Shown: positions 9,635-21,756 of the stretch, one piece after another
How positions within the stretch are numbered: position 1 is the stretch's first letter
Layout of the letters: each line of letters starts with the position of its first letter
Assembly: GCA_963738475.1 (NCBI GenBank)
Contig: CAVTWU010000017.1
Span: forward strand, 341,515 to 405,514
Source of the DNA: an uncultured Chloroflexia bacterium
Lineage (GTDB): Bacteria; Chloroflexota; Limnocylindria; Limnocylindrales; CSP1-4
Length of the DNA: 64,000 nt
Direction: 5' to 3'
Translations under genes and position numbers: made by a program
The notes under the pieces: model-generated
What the model saw: the letters and a program-made list of their open reading frames with translations, nothing else
Told to the model about the DNA's origin: nothing
The model's database searches: none

Positions 9635-11816
9635 ATGGATCCCGTCCAAGTCCCATCCGTCGCCGCGGCGTCGTTCCCCCTGCCGCCTCGCCTCGAAGGG
9701 CTGCGCCGACTGGCGTACAACATGCACTGGTCGTGGCACCCCCGCACCCGCGGGCTGTGGAGCCTCATCGACCGGCGGGCCTGGAACCGCTATCGCAACC
9801 CGGTCCCGGTCATCAGCGGGCCCACCGAGTGGTCGCGACTGCTCGACGACGCGAAGTTCCTGACCGAGTACCACGACGTCCTCGCCGCGTTCGACCACTA
9901 CATGGCGAACGGCTCCGACCACTGGTTCCAGCGCAAGTACGCGAACGAGCTGACCGGGCCGATCGCCTACTTCTGCGCGGAGTACGGCCTCCACGAGTCG
10001 CTCGGCATCTACTCGGGCGGCCTCGGGGTCCTCGCCGGCGACCACATGAAGACGTTCAGCGACATGGCCCTGCCGGCGCTCGGCGTGGGCCTGCTCTATC
10101 GCAACGGCTACTTCCGCCAGTCGATCGACGCCGACGGGCACCAGGAGCACAACTACCCGGACTACGACCTGAGCCGATTGCCGATCAGCCGCGTCCAGGA
10201 CGCGAACGGCCTGCCGCTGACCGTGTCGGTGGAGCTGCCCGGGCGCGACCTGGCGGTCGCCGTCTGGCTCGTCCAGGTGGGCCGCGTGCCGGTCCTGCTG
10301 CTCGACACGGACCTGCCGGAGAACGCGGTCCAGGATCGTCCGATCACCCACATCCTGTACGTCCGCGGCCGCGAGATGCGACTGCACCAGGAACTCGTGC
10401 TCGGCGTCGGCGGGGTCCGGGCCATCCGGGCACTGGGCCTCAGCCCGTCGGTCTGGCACCTGAACGAGGGCCACTCCGCATTCCTGCTGGCGGAGCGGGC
10501 CGGCGAGCACATCGCGGCCGGGGCCACGACCGACGACGCGTGGGCGAACGTCCGCCGCAACAGCGTCTTCACCATCCACACGCCCGTGTCGGCCGGCAAC
10601 GAGCGCTTCGATGCGGACCTCGTGCGGCGTGTCGCGGGGCCGGTCCTCGCCCACTCGAACCTGCCGGTCGACGACGTCCTGGCGCGTGGCGCCGGCATGG
10701 ACGGCGACGCCAGCCAGTTCGACATGACCGCGTTCTCGCTCCGCCACACGAACGGCGCGAACGCGGTGAGCCAGCTGCACGGCGAGACGGCGCGGGCCAC
10801 GTGGCACGGCATCACGGATCACGAGATCCAGGGCCTGACCAACGGCGTGCACGGCCCCACCTGGGTCGGCGCAGCCGATCGTCGACCTCCTCGACGGCCA
10901 CCTCGGGGCCGACCTGGACGACCTCGACGCGACGACGCAGCAGGGCCGGTTCTGGGAGCGCCTCGAACGGATCCCGGCGACGGACCTGTGGGACGCCCAC
11001 CTTCGCCAGAAGCGCGAGCTGGCCGAATTCGCCCGCCGCCGCCTGCGCAACCAGTTCGCCCGCCACGGCGAGGCGCCGGGCGTCCTGGCCGAGCTGGAGA
11101 CGGCCCTGGATCCCAACGTGCTGACGATCGGCTTCGCCCGCCGGTTCGCGACGTACAAGCGGGCCGGCCTGCTGTTCAGCGACATGGATCGCCTGGCCAA
11201 GCTGCTGTGGGATGCGGACCGCCCGGTCCAGATCCTGTTCGCCGGCAAGGCCCACCCGGCCGACCGGCCGGGCCAGCGGGTCATCCAGGAGATCTTCCAG
11301 CGCTCGCGCTCGCCCGAGCTCCGCGGTCGGGTCTTCATCATGGAGAACTACGACATGCGCGTCGGCCGGTTCCTCGTGCAGGGCGTGGATGCGTGGCTGA
11401 ACAACCCGCGCCGGCCGCTCGAGGCGTCGGGCACGTCCGGCATGAAGGCGGCCATGAACGGCGTCCCGAACATCAGCGTGCTCGACGGCTGGTGGGACGA
11501 GGGCTACCCCGACGACAACGGCTGGGCCATCGGCGGCCGCGAGACCGATCCGGACGAGGCCGCCCAGGACTGGTCGGACGCGCTCGACCTGTACCGGCTC
11601 CTCGAGGAGGACGTCATCCCGCGCTACTACGACCGTGGCGCGAACGGCATCCCGCTGCGCTGGCTGGAGGTCATGCGCCGCTCCATGGCGACCAGCCTGT
11701 GGCAGTTCTCCACGACGCGGATGCTCCACGAATACACCGAGCGGCTGTACCTCCCGGCGGCCGGCCTCACGCTGCCCGAGCCGGCCCATCGGCCCGTCGT
11801 CACCGAAGCCGGGTGA
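9635..11816 (+). CDS. glgP: Alpha-glucan (glycogen) phosphorylase (frameshifted)
   Basis: YSGGLGVLAGD, HLNEGH, ARRFATYKR and EASGTSGMK PLP site. Confidence 0.93.
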
Positions 11817-11826
11817 ACCCGCGCCC

Positions 11827-14008
11827 GTGACCGAACGGATCTCGCTCGCGCTGGCGATCCATAACCACCAGCCGGTCGGCAACTTCGGTTGGGTCTTCGC
11901 CGAGATCCACGACCAGGCGTACCTGCCGATGCTCGAGGCGCTCGAGCGCCACCCGGGCGTCCACCTCTCGCTCCACTACACGGGCCCGCTCCTGGAGTGG
12001 CTGCGGGCCGAGCGACCCGGAGTTCATCGAGCGCCTGCGCGCGCTCGTCGAGCGCGAGCAGGTCGAGGTGCTCGGCGGCGGCTACTACGAACCCGTCCTG
12101 GCGTCGCTGCCCGAAGCGCGACCGCATCGGCCAGCTGGTCCGGATGGGCGACGAGCTCGAGACGCTGTTCGGCGCGTCGGCCCAGCGGTGCCTGGCTGGC
12201 GGAGCGCGTCTGGGAGCCGGACCTGCCGGCCTCGCTCGTGGACGGCGGCTACGACTGGACGATCCTCGACGACGCCCACTTCCGCGCGGCGGCCATCCCG
12301 GAGGAGGACCTCTGGGGCCCGTACACGACCGAGGACCAGGGCGAGATCCTGACCGTCTTCGGCACCGAGCAGGGGCTCCGCTACCGGATCCCGTTCCGCG
12401 ACGTCGAGGACGTCATCGGCTACCTGCGCGACCACGCGACCGAGGACGGGACGCGGGTCGGGATGATGGGCGACGACGGCGAGAAGTTCGGCGCCTGGCC
12501 GACGACCTACGAGCACTGCTGGGGCGCGACCCGCTGGGTGGACCGGTTCTTCACGGCCCTCGAGGAGAACGCCGACTGGCTGTCGACCGTGACGCCGTCC
12601 GCCTGGCTCGCCCGCCAGCGGCCCGATCGGACGGGTCTACATCCCGACCGGGTCGTACGCCGAGATGGGCCAGTGGGCGCTGCCCGCCGAACGAGAGCCT
12701 GGCCGTTCACCGACGTCCTCCACCGCGCCCAGGCCGAGCACCGGCCCGAGGCGCGCTGGCTGCGCGGCGCGTTCTGGCGCAACTTCCAGGTCAAGTACCG
12801 CGAGATCAACGACCTGCACAAGCAGATGCTGCGGACGTCGGCGGCGGTCGCCGCGGATGCCGCGCCGGCCCGGACCGCGAGCGCGCCCTGGACCACCTCT
12901 ACCAGGGCCAGTCGAACGACTGCTACTGGCACGGCCTGTTCGGCGGGATCTACATCAGCCACATGCGCCTGGCCACGTACGAGCACCTGATCGCCGCCGA
13001 GGACCTGGCCGATCCGGCCGCGACCGGCGGCGGCGACGGCGACGCTCGTGGACCTCGACATGGACGGCCTCGACGACGTCCGCCTGGCCGATGCGGGCCA
13101 GGTCGTCACGGTGGACCCGTCCGACGGCGGCGGGATCGGCGGCTGGGACATCCGGGCCGTCCGCCACGCCCTGACGGCCGTCATGCGCCGGCGCCCGAGG
13201 CCTATCACGAGACCTTGCGCGCGCACGAGGCGGCCCTGGCCGACGCGGCGGCGCACGCCGGCTCGGGTGACGGCGGGGCCCCGGCGTCCATCCACGACCG
13301 GGTGCTGACCAAGGAGGCGGGCCTCGCGGACCGGCTCCACTACGACGACCACGAACGACGGTCCGGCCTCGTCCGCTTCCTGCCCCTGGACGCCACGCCG
13401 CGACGACTGGGCCGACGCCACCACGCCGGACCTCGGCGACTTCGTGGATCACGGCTTCGAGGTCGACGAGCCTGCGAGCCGGGCCGTCTGGTCCTGATCC
13501 GCGACGGCCACGTGACCGGCGACGCCGGGCCGCAGGCCGTCCGCGTCGACCCGGACCATCACGACCGGCGGCGACCGGCTCGCCCCGACGCTCCGGCAGG
13601 CCGTCACCATCGAGAATCGCTCCGATCGGCCGCTGCGGGCGCGCCTCGGGTCCGAGTGGACGATCGACGATGCTGGGCGGCGGCGGCAACCCGTCGGCCT
13701 GGTGGGACGTGGCCGGCGACCGGACGCGCGCACGACGGGTCGGGCCAGGCGACCGCCATCTCGACCATCGGCCAGGGCAACGACTACGTCGGCGTCAGCG
13801 TCGCCACGACGGTCTCCGTCGCCGGCCGACGCCTGGTGGGCGCCGGTCGAGACCATCTCCAACTCCGAAGGCGGCTTCGAGCGGGTCTACCAGGGCAGCG
13901 GCCTGCTGCTGAGCTGGCCACTGGACCTGGCGCCGGGCGCGACCGCCGACGTTCGTCGTGTCCCACGCCGTCGCGACGACCGTGGATCGCGCCGCCACCG
14001 AGGCCTGA
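11827..14008 (+). CDS. GH57 alpha-amylase/4-alpha-glucanotransferase (DUF1925/DUF1926) (frameshifted)
   Basis: [41 protein letters not shown] and [16 protein letters not shown] motifs. Confidence 0.88.
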
Positions 14009-14058
14009 GCGCCCCGGTCGCGCGGTCCGACCGTGACCTTGCTATCGTGGGTCGAGCG

Positions 14059-15108
14059 ATGACCCAGCAGGACGCGCTCGCCCGGCCGCGAGCCCCGTCG
14101 CCGCTCCCGGACCGCTCGACGTCGAGCGCGATTCGGACGTCCCGATCTCCACCCAGATCTACTGGCAGCTCGCCTACCAGATCGATTCGGGCCGGCTGCT
14201 GCCGGGCGCCCGCCTGCTGCCCGTCCGGGAGCTCGGCGCCGCCCTGCGGGTCAATCCGAACACGATCCGGGCGGTCTACCGGCGCCTGTCCGACGCCGGC
14301 TACGTCACCAGCCGCCACGGCGCCGGGCACCCACGTCGCCGCCCGGCCGCCGCAACGACGCGGCGCCGAGGCGCTGGCCGGCGTCGTCTCGGAGATGCTC
14401 CGGCGCGCCGCCCACGCCGGGTTCACCGCGGACGAGGTCGCCGCCGCCACGTTCGCGGCCGCCAGCGAGCGCAAGCGACCCGGGCCGCTCGTCCGCGTCC
14501 TGTACGCCGAGTGCACCAACGCCGATGCCGGCTACGACGCCGAGCGGCTCGGCGAACGAGTTCCCGGGGCTCATCGAGGCCGAGGGCTGCCTGCTCGACG
14601 ACCTGCCCGAGCGGCTCGACCGGTTCCACTACGACCTGGTGGCGACCACGACGTTCCACGGCGAGGAGGCCCAGGCCCTCGTCGCCGGCCGCGTCCCGGT
14701 CGTGGCGATGGTCGTCGGCCCGGGCTACGTGGAGCTGGTCCACGAGATCGCCGGCCTGCCGCGCGGCTCGCGGGTCGGGCCTCGTCTGCGCCTCGGAGCG
14801 CGGGCACGGACAACATCCGCGAGACGCTGAACCTGGCCGGGACGCGCGACGTGGACATCGTCACCGCCATCCTCGACCACGAGGAGGACCTCGCGGTCGT
14901 CGACGAGACCGCCGACCTGATCCTCATGTCGCGCGAGGCGATGGCCGCCGGCCTCGAGGGCCGCCTCTCGCGCCCGGAGCGGATCCGCGCGTGGGGCTAC
15001 GAGTTCGACCCGTCCGGGCTGGAGCTGCTGCGCCGGGCCATCGAGCATGCGTCCGCCGCCCGGCCGGCCGACCCGGCCGCGCATCCGGTCGAGGTCGCCG
15101 CCACCTGA
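14059..15108 (+). CDS. GntR-family transcriptional regulator (frameshifted)
   Basis: wHTH reading PVRELGAALRVNPNTIRAVYRRL followed by a long C-terminal domain. Confidence 0.8.
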   Translation: MTQQDALARPRAPSPLPDRSTSSAIRTSRSPPRSTGSSPTRSIRAGCCRAPACCPSGSSAPPCGSIRTRSGRSTGACPTPATSPAATAPGTHVAARPPQRRGAEALAGVVSEMLRRAAHAGFTADEVAAATFAAASERKRPGPLVRVLYAECTNADAGYDAERLGERVPGAHRGRGLPARRPARAARPVPLRPGGDHDVPRRGGPGPRRRPRPGRGDGRRPGLRGAGPRDRRPAARLAGRASSAPRSAGTDNIRETLNLAGTRDVDIVTAILDHEEDLAVVDETADLILMSREAMAAGLEGRLSRPERIRAWGYEFDPSGLELLRRAIEHASAARPADPAAHPVEVAAT

Positions 15109-18100
15109 TGCCTGCCTTCCACGTCCAGCGCGAGGCCCGCGCTTCGGTACGAGGTGGACGGGCGCGCTGCTGGGCGTGCGGGGCGACCTGCTGGTCACGG
15201 ACCTCGCCGGCCATCCGTCGCCTGTCGGACCGGATGAACACGGCCCGCGCGGCCGGCGCGGCTCCGGTCTCCGCCGGTGAGATCGCCGCGCTCGGGCTCA
15301 TCCACGAGATCGGCCACCTGCTCATCGCGACCTACGAGCGCGACCGTCGGCCGCGCGCGATGGCGGACGCGCTGGCGACCCTGGACGCGGGCCTGGGCGC
15401 CGACGCGGCCCGCCTGCTCGACCGGTTCGCCCAGGAGTTCCCGGGCGTCGGGCCGGTCCCGGAGCCGCCACGCGACCGCCTCGAGGAGATGCTGCTCATC
15501 CGGGTCGCCAACGAGAACCCGGCGCATCGGGCCGCTGCGCGAGCTCGTCGACGACCGGGGCCTCGCCCGCGGGACCCGCTACGCCGAGGCGATCGCCCGC
15601 CTGGAGACGGTCTTCGCCGACGGGCCGCCGGTCGTCGATGGCGGCGCGACCCTGCTCGAGGTCATGCGCGCGCCCGCCCGCCACTCCCCCACCTCGCTGG
15701 CCGGCCAGCTGCGCTACATCCGCGACCAGTGGGGCGGCGCTGCTCGGTGCGGCCCTGCTCGAGCTCATCGACCGGCTGGAGATCGCGATCGGCGTCCTGG
15801 CCGAGGAGGAGCGGGCGCTGACGCTTCGCTTCGGAGGCGGCCCGGCGGCCGGTCGCGGCCCGACCGAGACGCCCGGGATGGGCGGCCTGGGCGAGGAGCC
15901 GGAGGCGTTCTCGTCCGACTCGGCCTGGATGCCACAGGTCGTCCTGATGGCCAAGAGCACGTACGTCTGGCTCGACCAGCTGTCGCGGACGCTACGGGCG
16001 CGACATCCGCACCCTGGACGCCATCCCGGACGAGGAGCTGGACACGCTCGCGAGCTGGGGCGTGACCGGGCTGTGGCTCATCGGGCTGTGGGAGCGGTCG
16101 CCCGCCTCGGAGCGGATCAAGCGCATGCGCGGCAACGCGGACGCCGTGGCCTCGGCCTACTCGCTCGACGACTACCGGATCGCCGACGACATCGGCGGCG
16201 AGTGGGCGTACGCCGACCTGCGCGATCGGGCCTGGGCCCGCGGCATCCGGCTCGCCAGCGACATGGTCCCCAACCACATGGGCATCGACTCGCGCTGGGT
16301 CATCGACCACCCCGAGTGGTTCCTGTCGGTCGCCCAGCCGCCCTACCCGGCCTACTCGTTCACCGGCGCGGACCTGTCGTCCGACGAGCGGGTCGGGATC
16401 GTCCTCGAGGACCACTACTGGAACGACAGCGATGCGGCGGTCGTGTTCAAGCGGTTCGACCGCGCAGACCGGCGACGAGCGCTACATCTACCACGGCAAC
16501 GACGGCACGAGCTTCCCCTGGAACGACACGGCCCAGCTGGACTTCCTCGCGGCCGCCGTCCGCGAGCAGGTCATCCGGACGATCCTCGACGTCGCCCGGC
16601 GCTTCCCGATCATCCGGTTCGATGCCGCGATGGTCCTCGCCAAGAAGCACGTCCAGCGGCTGTGGTGGCCGGAGCCGGGCGCCGGCGACGGGATCCCGTC
16701 GCGCGCCGAGCACGCCATCAGCAAGGCCGAGTTCGACGCCCGCATGCCGGTCGAGTTCTGGCGCGAGGTCGTGGATCGCGTCGCGGCCGAGGTGCCCGGG
16801 CACGCTGCTGCTGGCCGAGGCGTTCTGGATGCTGGAGGGCTACTTCGTCCGGACCCTGGGGATGCACCGCGTCTACAACAGCGCCTTCATGCACATGCTC
16901 CGCGACGAGAACGGCGCGGGCTACCGGCGGGTCATCCGCGAGACGCTCGAGTTCGACCCCGAGATCCTCAAGCGCTACGTCAACTTCATGAGCAACCCGG
17001 ACGAGGAGACCGCGCTCGAGCAGTTCGGCAAGGGCGACAAGTACTTCGGCGTGGCGATGGTGATGGCCACGCTGCCGGGCCTGCCGATGCTGGGCCACGG
17101 CCAGGTCCAGGGGTTCGGCGAGAAGTACGGCATGGAGTTCCGTCGGGCGACCCTCGACGAGCGCCCGGATCCGTGGCTCGTCGAGCGCCACGAGCGCGAG
17201 ATCTTCCCGCTGCTGCACCGGCGGGCCTGGTTCGCCGAGGCGCGCGACTTCCTGCTGTACGACTTCATGACCGACGGCGGGCGTCGACGAGCACGTCCTG
17301 GCGTACTCGAACGGGTCCGGTCCGCAGCGCTCGCTCGTCGTCTACCACACGCGCTTCGCGACGACGTCGGGATCCATCCGCGACTCGGCGGCGTATGCGC
17401 TCAAGGCGCCGGACGGCTCGAGGCGGCTGGTCCGTCGGTCCGCTCGCCGAGGGCCTGGGCCTGCCGAACGACCCGGCGCGCCTTCGTGGCCTTCCGCGAC
17501 GCGCGGACCGGCCTGGAGTACCTGCGCTCGTGCCGCGAGCTGTGGGAGCGCGGCCTCAGCCTGTCGCTCGAGGCGTACGGCGGCCACGTCTTCTGGGAGT
17601 TCCGCGAGGTCTGGGACGGTGTCGCCGGGCCAGTGGGGCCGGCTCGCCGACGCGCCTGGGCGGGCGCGGCGTCCCGTCGCTCGACGATGCCTTCCGCGAA
17701 CTCCAGCTGGAGCCGGTCCACGGGCCGTTGCGGGCGATCTTCGCGGACGGTGCGGTCGGGGCGGTCGTGGACGGCACCGCCCGGCCGGCCCAGGTCGACG
17801 ACCTGGAGCGCCGGTTCGCGACGTTCCTGACCGCGGTCGCCGAGGCGACCGGCGTCACGGGCGAACCCGAGCCGATCGCCGCGGCCGCCCGCGAACGGGT
17901 CACGTTCGCCTTCGGCGAGCCAGCCGTGCTCGACGGCCTGGATCGGCGCGACCGGGCGGCCCTGCTCGTCTGGCTGGCCCTCGACCGGATGGGGGCGCTG
18001 GCGCCGGGGCCGGATGTCGCCGCGACGAGCCGGGCCTGGTACGACGAGCTGCGTCTCCCCGGCGCCCTGGCGGCCGGGCTGCGCGACATCGGCCTCGACG

Positions 18101-18516
18101 AGGCCGACGCCTGGGCCGTGACCGACCTCGTGCGCGTGCTGCTGGCGCTGCCCCGGCCGTCGGGGCTGCGCGGCCCGGCGCGGACCGCCGATGCGCGCCT
18201 GATCGAGGCGTGGCTGGCGCGCGATCCCGTCCGGACGGCGATCGGGCTCAACACCTGGCAGGGCGTGGAGTACCTCGACCGGGACCGGTTCGAGGCGATG
18301 CTGCGCTGGGCCGTCCGCCTCGACGCCATCGACGCGGCCGCGCGAGCCGCGCGGCTGCCGCCGCCGCAAGCCGACGGACGAAGCCTGACCTGGTCGCCCG
18401 GCTCGGCCTCGCGGCGGCCGACGCCGACTACCGCGTGGACCGACTGCTGGCCGCTCCTGACACCGTCCCCGGCGGCGCGGCGCCCAGCGAAGGCGACCCC
18501 GAAGACGATCGACTAG
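15108..18516 (+). CDS. Large GH13 alpha-amylase-family glycoside hydrolase (frameshifted; 3' end approximate)
   Basis: TGLWLIGLWERS, SDMVPNH, IRFDAAM, LAEAFW and FMSNPDE motifs; TGATG overlap with the GntR stop. Confidence 0.82.
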
Positions 18517-18523
18517 GCATCGG

Positions 18524-18833
18524 TCAGGCGCTCGTGGGCCCACCGGCTGGCGATCGATCCGGCCGACGGAACCCGGTCCAGGTGCCGGCCTGCCACTCCC
18601 GCTCGAGTCGGGCCATGATCGCGTCGAGGCGCGGGCCCTCCAGGTCCGGATAGAGCCGCCGAAGCAGGAAGCGGGCACGCTCGAGCTCGGTCATCGGTCC
18701 GGCGCGATCCGCCTGGGCCCAGACGAGCTCGAAGGCCTGACGATACGACACGTCGTGTTCGCGCATCCGACGTTCGGGCCCGATCCTCGCGAAGGCGCTG
18801 GTCGAACCTGGCCTGCGCCTGATCAACCGCCAC
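18524..18833 (-). CDS. Small hypothetical protein, putative partner/antitoxin of the adjacent nucleotidyltransferase (frameshifted)
   Basis: GTG start overlaps the NTase 3' end; ~100 aa, helical, contains ELERARFLLRRLYPDL. Confidence 0.5.
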
Positions 18834-19353
18834 GGACGGCCTCCAGTCGTTCGCCGATCCCGAGGACTGCAGCGTATCGCTCGAGGTACCTCCAGTCGAG
18901 GCCGACGACCAGACGGATGATCGAGCGGACGTCGCGCAGCTGCAGCTCCGACGTGCCGTCCGACCACTCGAGTTTCGCGATGATCAGGTCTTCGGCGGTG
19001 AGGATCCAGACAGGGCCCAGGATCGGGTGGTCGATCGACTGGCGTCGCTCCATGGCGGACCGCGCCCAGGCATCCGTCCGTCCGAACATGAGGTCCACTC
19101 GGACGAGCTCCGTCCGATGGATCAGCCCGCCCATCCATCGACCCCCGACGTCGATGGGGTCGTTGACCAGGAAGTCGCCCTCGAAGGCCGGGCGCACCTT
19201 CGACTCGTAGTCCGCGGGCGTCAGCTCGAGCACGACGTCGATGTCGCGGGTCATCCGCGGTTCGGCGTAGGCAGCGAGCGCCCAGGAACCGGTCACGTAC
19301 CAGCGGAGCCCGAGGTCATCGAGCCGATCGAGGACGCCGCGCTCGATGGTCAT
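18823..19353 (-). CDS. Nucleotidyltransferase-superfamily protein (DUF6036/AbiEii-like)
   Basis: YVTGSWA...PRMTRDID, a later VDL, and EDLIIAKL...QLRDV; 176 aa. Confidence 0.75.
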   Translation of the reverse strand: MTIERGVLDRLDDLGLRWYVTGSWALAAYAEPRMTRDIDVVLELTPADYESKVRPAFEGDFLVNDPIDVGGRWMGGLIHRTELVRVDLMFGRTDAWARSAMERRQSIDHPILGPVWILTAEDLIIAKLEWSDGTSELQLRDVRSIIRLVVGLDWRYLERYAAVLGIGERLEAVRGG

Positions 19354-21121
19354 CGAGCCACGATGCCGCTTGAGCAGGGCCGTCGGCGGGGCGCCGTGCG
19401 CCATGACCGACTCGAGGTGGTCGCGATAGCGGAAGCCCGGCGTCGCGCCGAACCCGCCCGGCAGCGATCGCGCGGCTGGAGGGTCGGCGTCGCCGGCCGC
19501 CCGGCGGCGCGCCTCGAGTTCGATCGCCCACATCTCCATCGATCCGGCGAAGTAGGTCGAGAGCTGGGTGGATGACAGGCGGGCCCGGGCGTACTTGGCC
19601 CGCGCCTCGGCCGTCTCCTGGAAGCCGCCGTCCACCATGAGCGCGACCGCCTCGTCCTCGGTCATCCCGTCGCAGTGGATCCGCGCGTCGATGATCGCGT
19701 TGATGACGCAGCGCAGGTAGTACTTCCAATGGGTCAGCAGGAGCGCCGGGTCGTCCGCGCCGTACCCGACGTCCATCATCACCTGGGTGACGTACACGGC
19801 CCAGCCCTCGGCGTACAGGCCGCTGCTGAACACCGCCCGGGCGAGGGACGGACAGCGGTTGGCGTACGCGCGCCTGGAGGTAGTGGCCCGGCACGGCCTC
19901 GTGGATCGTGATGAGCCGGAGCATCCGGTCGTTGTCCTCGCGGAGGCGCGGACTCGCGCTGCTCCTCGGACCAGTCGTCCGGGATCGGCGTGATCGCGAA
20001 GAACGTGTCGAGGCCGTGCTCGAGCGGACCCGGGGCGATGAGCATCGCGTTCCCGAACGCGCGCAGGAACACCGGGCGTCCACTGGATGACCAGCCGTTC
20101 GTCGCTCAGGCCGACGAGGTCGGTGCTCGCGGCAGAACGCCTCGATCCGCTCGTTCTCGGCGCGGCAGTAGTCGAGCTTGTCGTCCGCGCGCGGGTGCTC
20201 CGCGGCGACGGCGTCCAGCACGCCGCGGACGATCGCCTGGTCGTCGTCGGGCAGCGGCCGCGACCCCTGCCAGGCGGGCCACAGGTCGCGGGCCAGCCGG
20301 ACCATCTCGGCCCGGACGGCCGTGAACTCCCGCTCGGCCTGGGCCAGGATCCGCTCCGGGGTCAGCGTCGTCCGACTGCATCGTGTGGCGCATCTTCTGG
20401 GCGAACAGGTCGCGGCCCGAGGCGGCCCTCGCCCTCGCTCGCCGGCAGGACGACGTCGCGCAGGTGCGCCTCGAAGGCCGCGAGCGGCAGCCCGTGCCGT
20501 CTCGGCGGCCGCGGCCAGGCGCGGCTGCGATCGCGGCGACCGCCGGATCGCTCGGCGGCCGCGGCCGCCTGCGTCGAGCGCGTCGTCGATCAGCGAGTCG
20601 ACGCCCGCCAGCTGGCCGAGGCGGTCTCGGTCTGGAACCGCCCGACCGGGCGACCGGCCGCGCCGACCAGCGCGGCGCGCGCCGCATCGAGGACCGCCGG
20701 GATCCCCTCCAGCCGCCCGGCCACGCTCGCCAGCCGTTCGGCCAGCGGGGCGAAGTCGCGGGCCAGGAGGGAGAACAGGCCGCCGCCCAGGAGCGTAGAC
20801 CCAGGTCATCGGGTCCGTCGCGTCGTCGCGGAGCGTCTCGGCGTCGAACCGCATCGCCGCCAGCTCGCCCGAGGACGAGGTCGCGATCGACCGCATCGTC
20901 CGCCGCCAGGCCCGTCGAGCGCCTCGAACCGGGTCTCCCAGCGATCGACGAACGCCAGCACGGCCAGGCGACCGGCCTCGGACAGGTCCGGCCACTCGCT
21001 CGTCGCGGGCGTGATCGCCGATCTCGGTCGCGAAGACCGGGTCGAGCGCGAACAGCTCGGCCAGGAACGGCGTGAACAGGTCGGCGAACGCGGACGTACC
21101 CGGGGTCGGCGTGTGGGTCAC
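19350..21121 (-). CDS. DUF885-family protein (frameshifted)
   Basis: HEAVPGHYLQ, YAEGWAVY and QLSTYF motifs. Confidence 0.85.
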
Positions 21122-21158
21122 CCCGGCATCGTAGCAGCGGCCCGACTACCATCCGTGG

Positions 21159-21756
21159 ATGCCAGCGCAGACGTGGGTGGAGCCGGTGGTCCTGACCGGT
21201 GCGCGCATCCGGATGGAGCCGCTGCGCGACGAGCACTTCGCGGGCCTGTGCGCGGTCGCCTTCGATGCGCCCGTCTGGCGCTGGACGATCATGGGCGAGC
21301 AGGACGAGGCCGGCCTGCGCCGCTGGGTGGACACGGCCCTGGCCAACGCCGAGGCCGGCATCGAGCGGCCGTTCGCGACCATCGACATCGAGACCGGCCA
21401 GGTCATCGGCAGCAGCCGCTACATGTCCATCGCGCCGGAGCACAAGCGCCTCGAGATCGGCTGGACCTGGATGGGCGTCGCCTACCAGCGGACGCGGCCG
21501 CAACCGCGAGGCCAAGCTGCTCCAGCTGACCCACGCGTTCGAGACGCTCGACGCCAACCGGGTCGAGTTCAAGACCCACGCCCGCAACGTCCAGTCGCGG
21601 ACGGCCCTGCGCGGGATCGGCGCGACGTTCGAGGGCGTCCACCGCAGCCACTCGATCATGCCGGACGGCTCGCTCCGCGACTCGGCCTGGTTCAGCGTCA
21701 TCAAGCCGGAGTGGCCGGCCGTCAAGGCGCGCCTGCAGGGTCTGCTGGACCGGTGA
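21159..21756 (+). CDS. GNAT acetyltransferase, RimJ/RimL-like (frameshifted)
   Basis: LEIGWTW, NREAKLLQLTHAFE, RVEFKT and RDSAWFS motifs. Confidence 0.88.

Noticed and set aside
18823-19833. Apparent DUF885-nucleotidyltransferase fusion
   Set aside because: A one-base shift near 19365 restores a TGA overlapping the NTase ATG (ATGA); two genes are more likely
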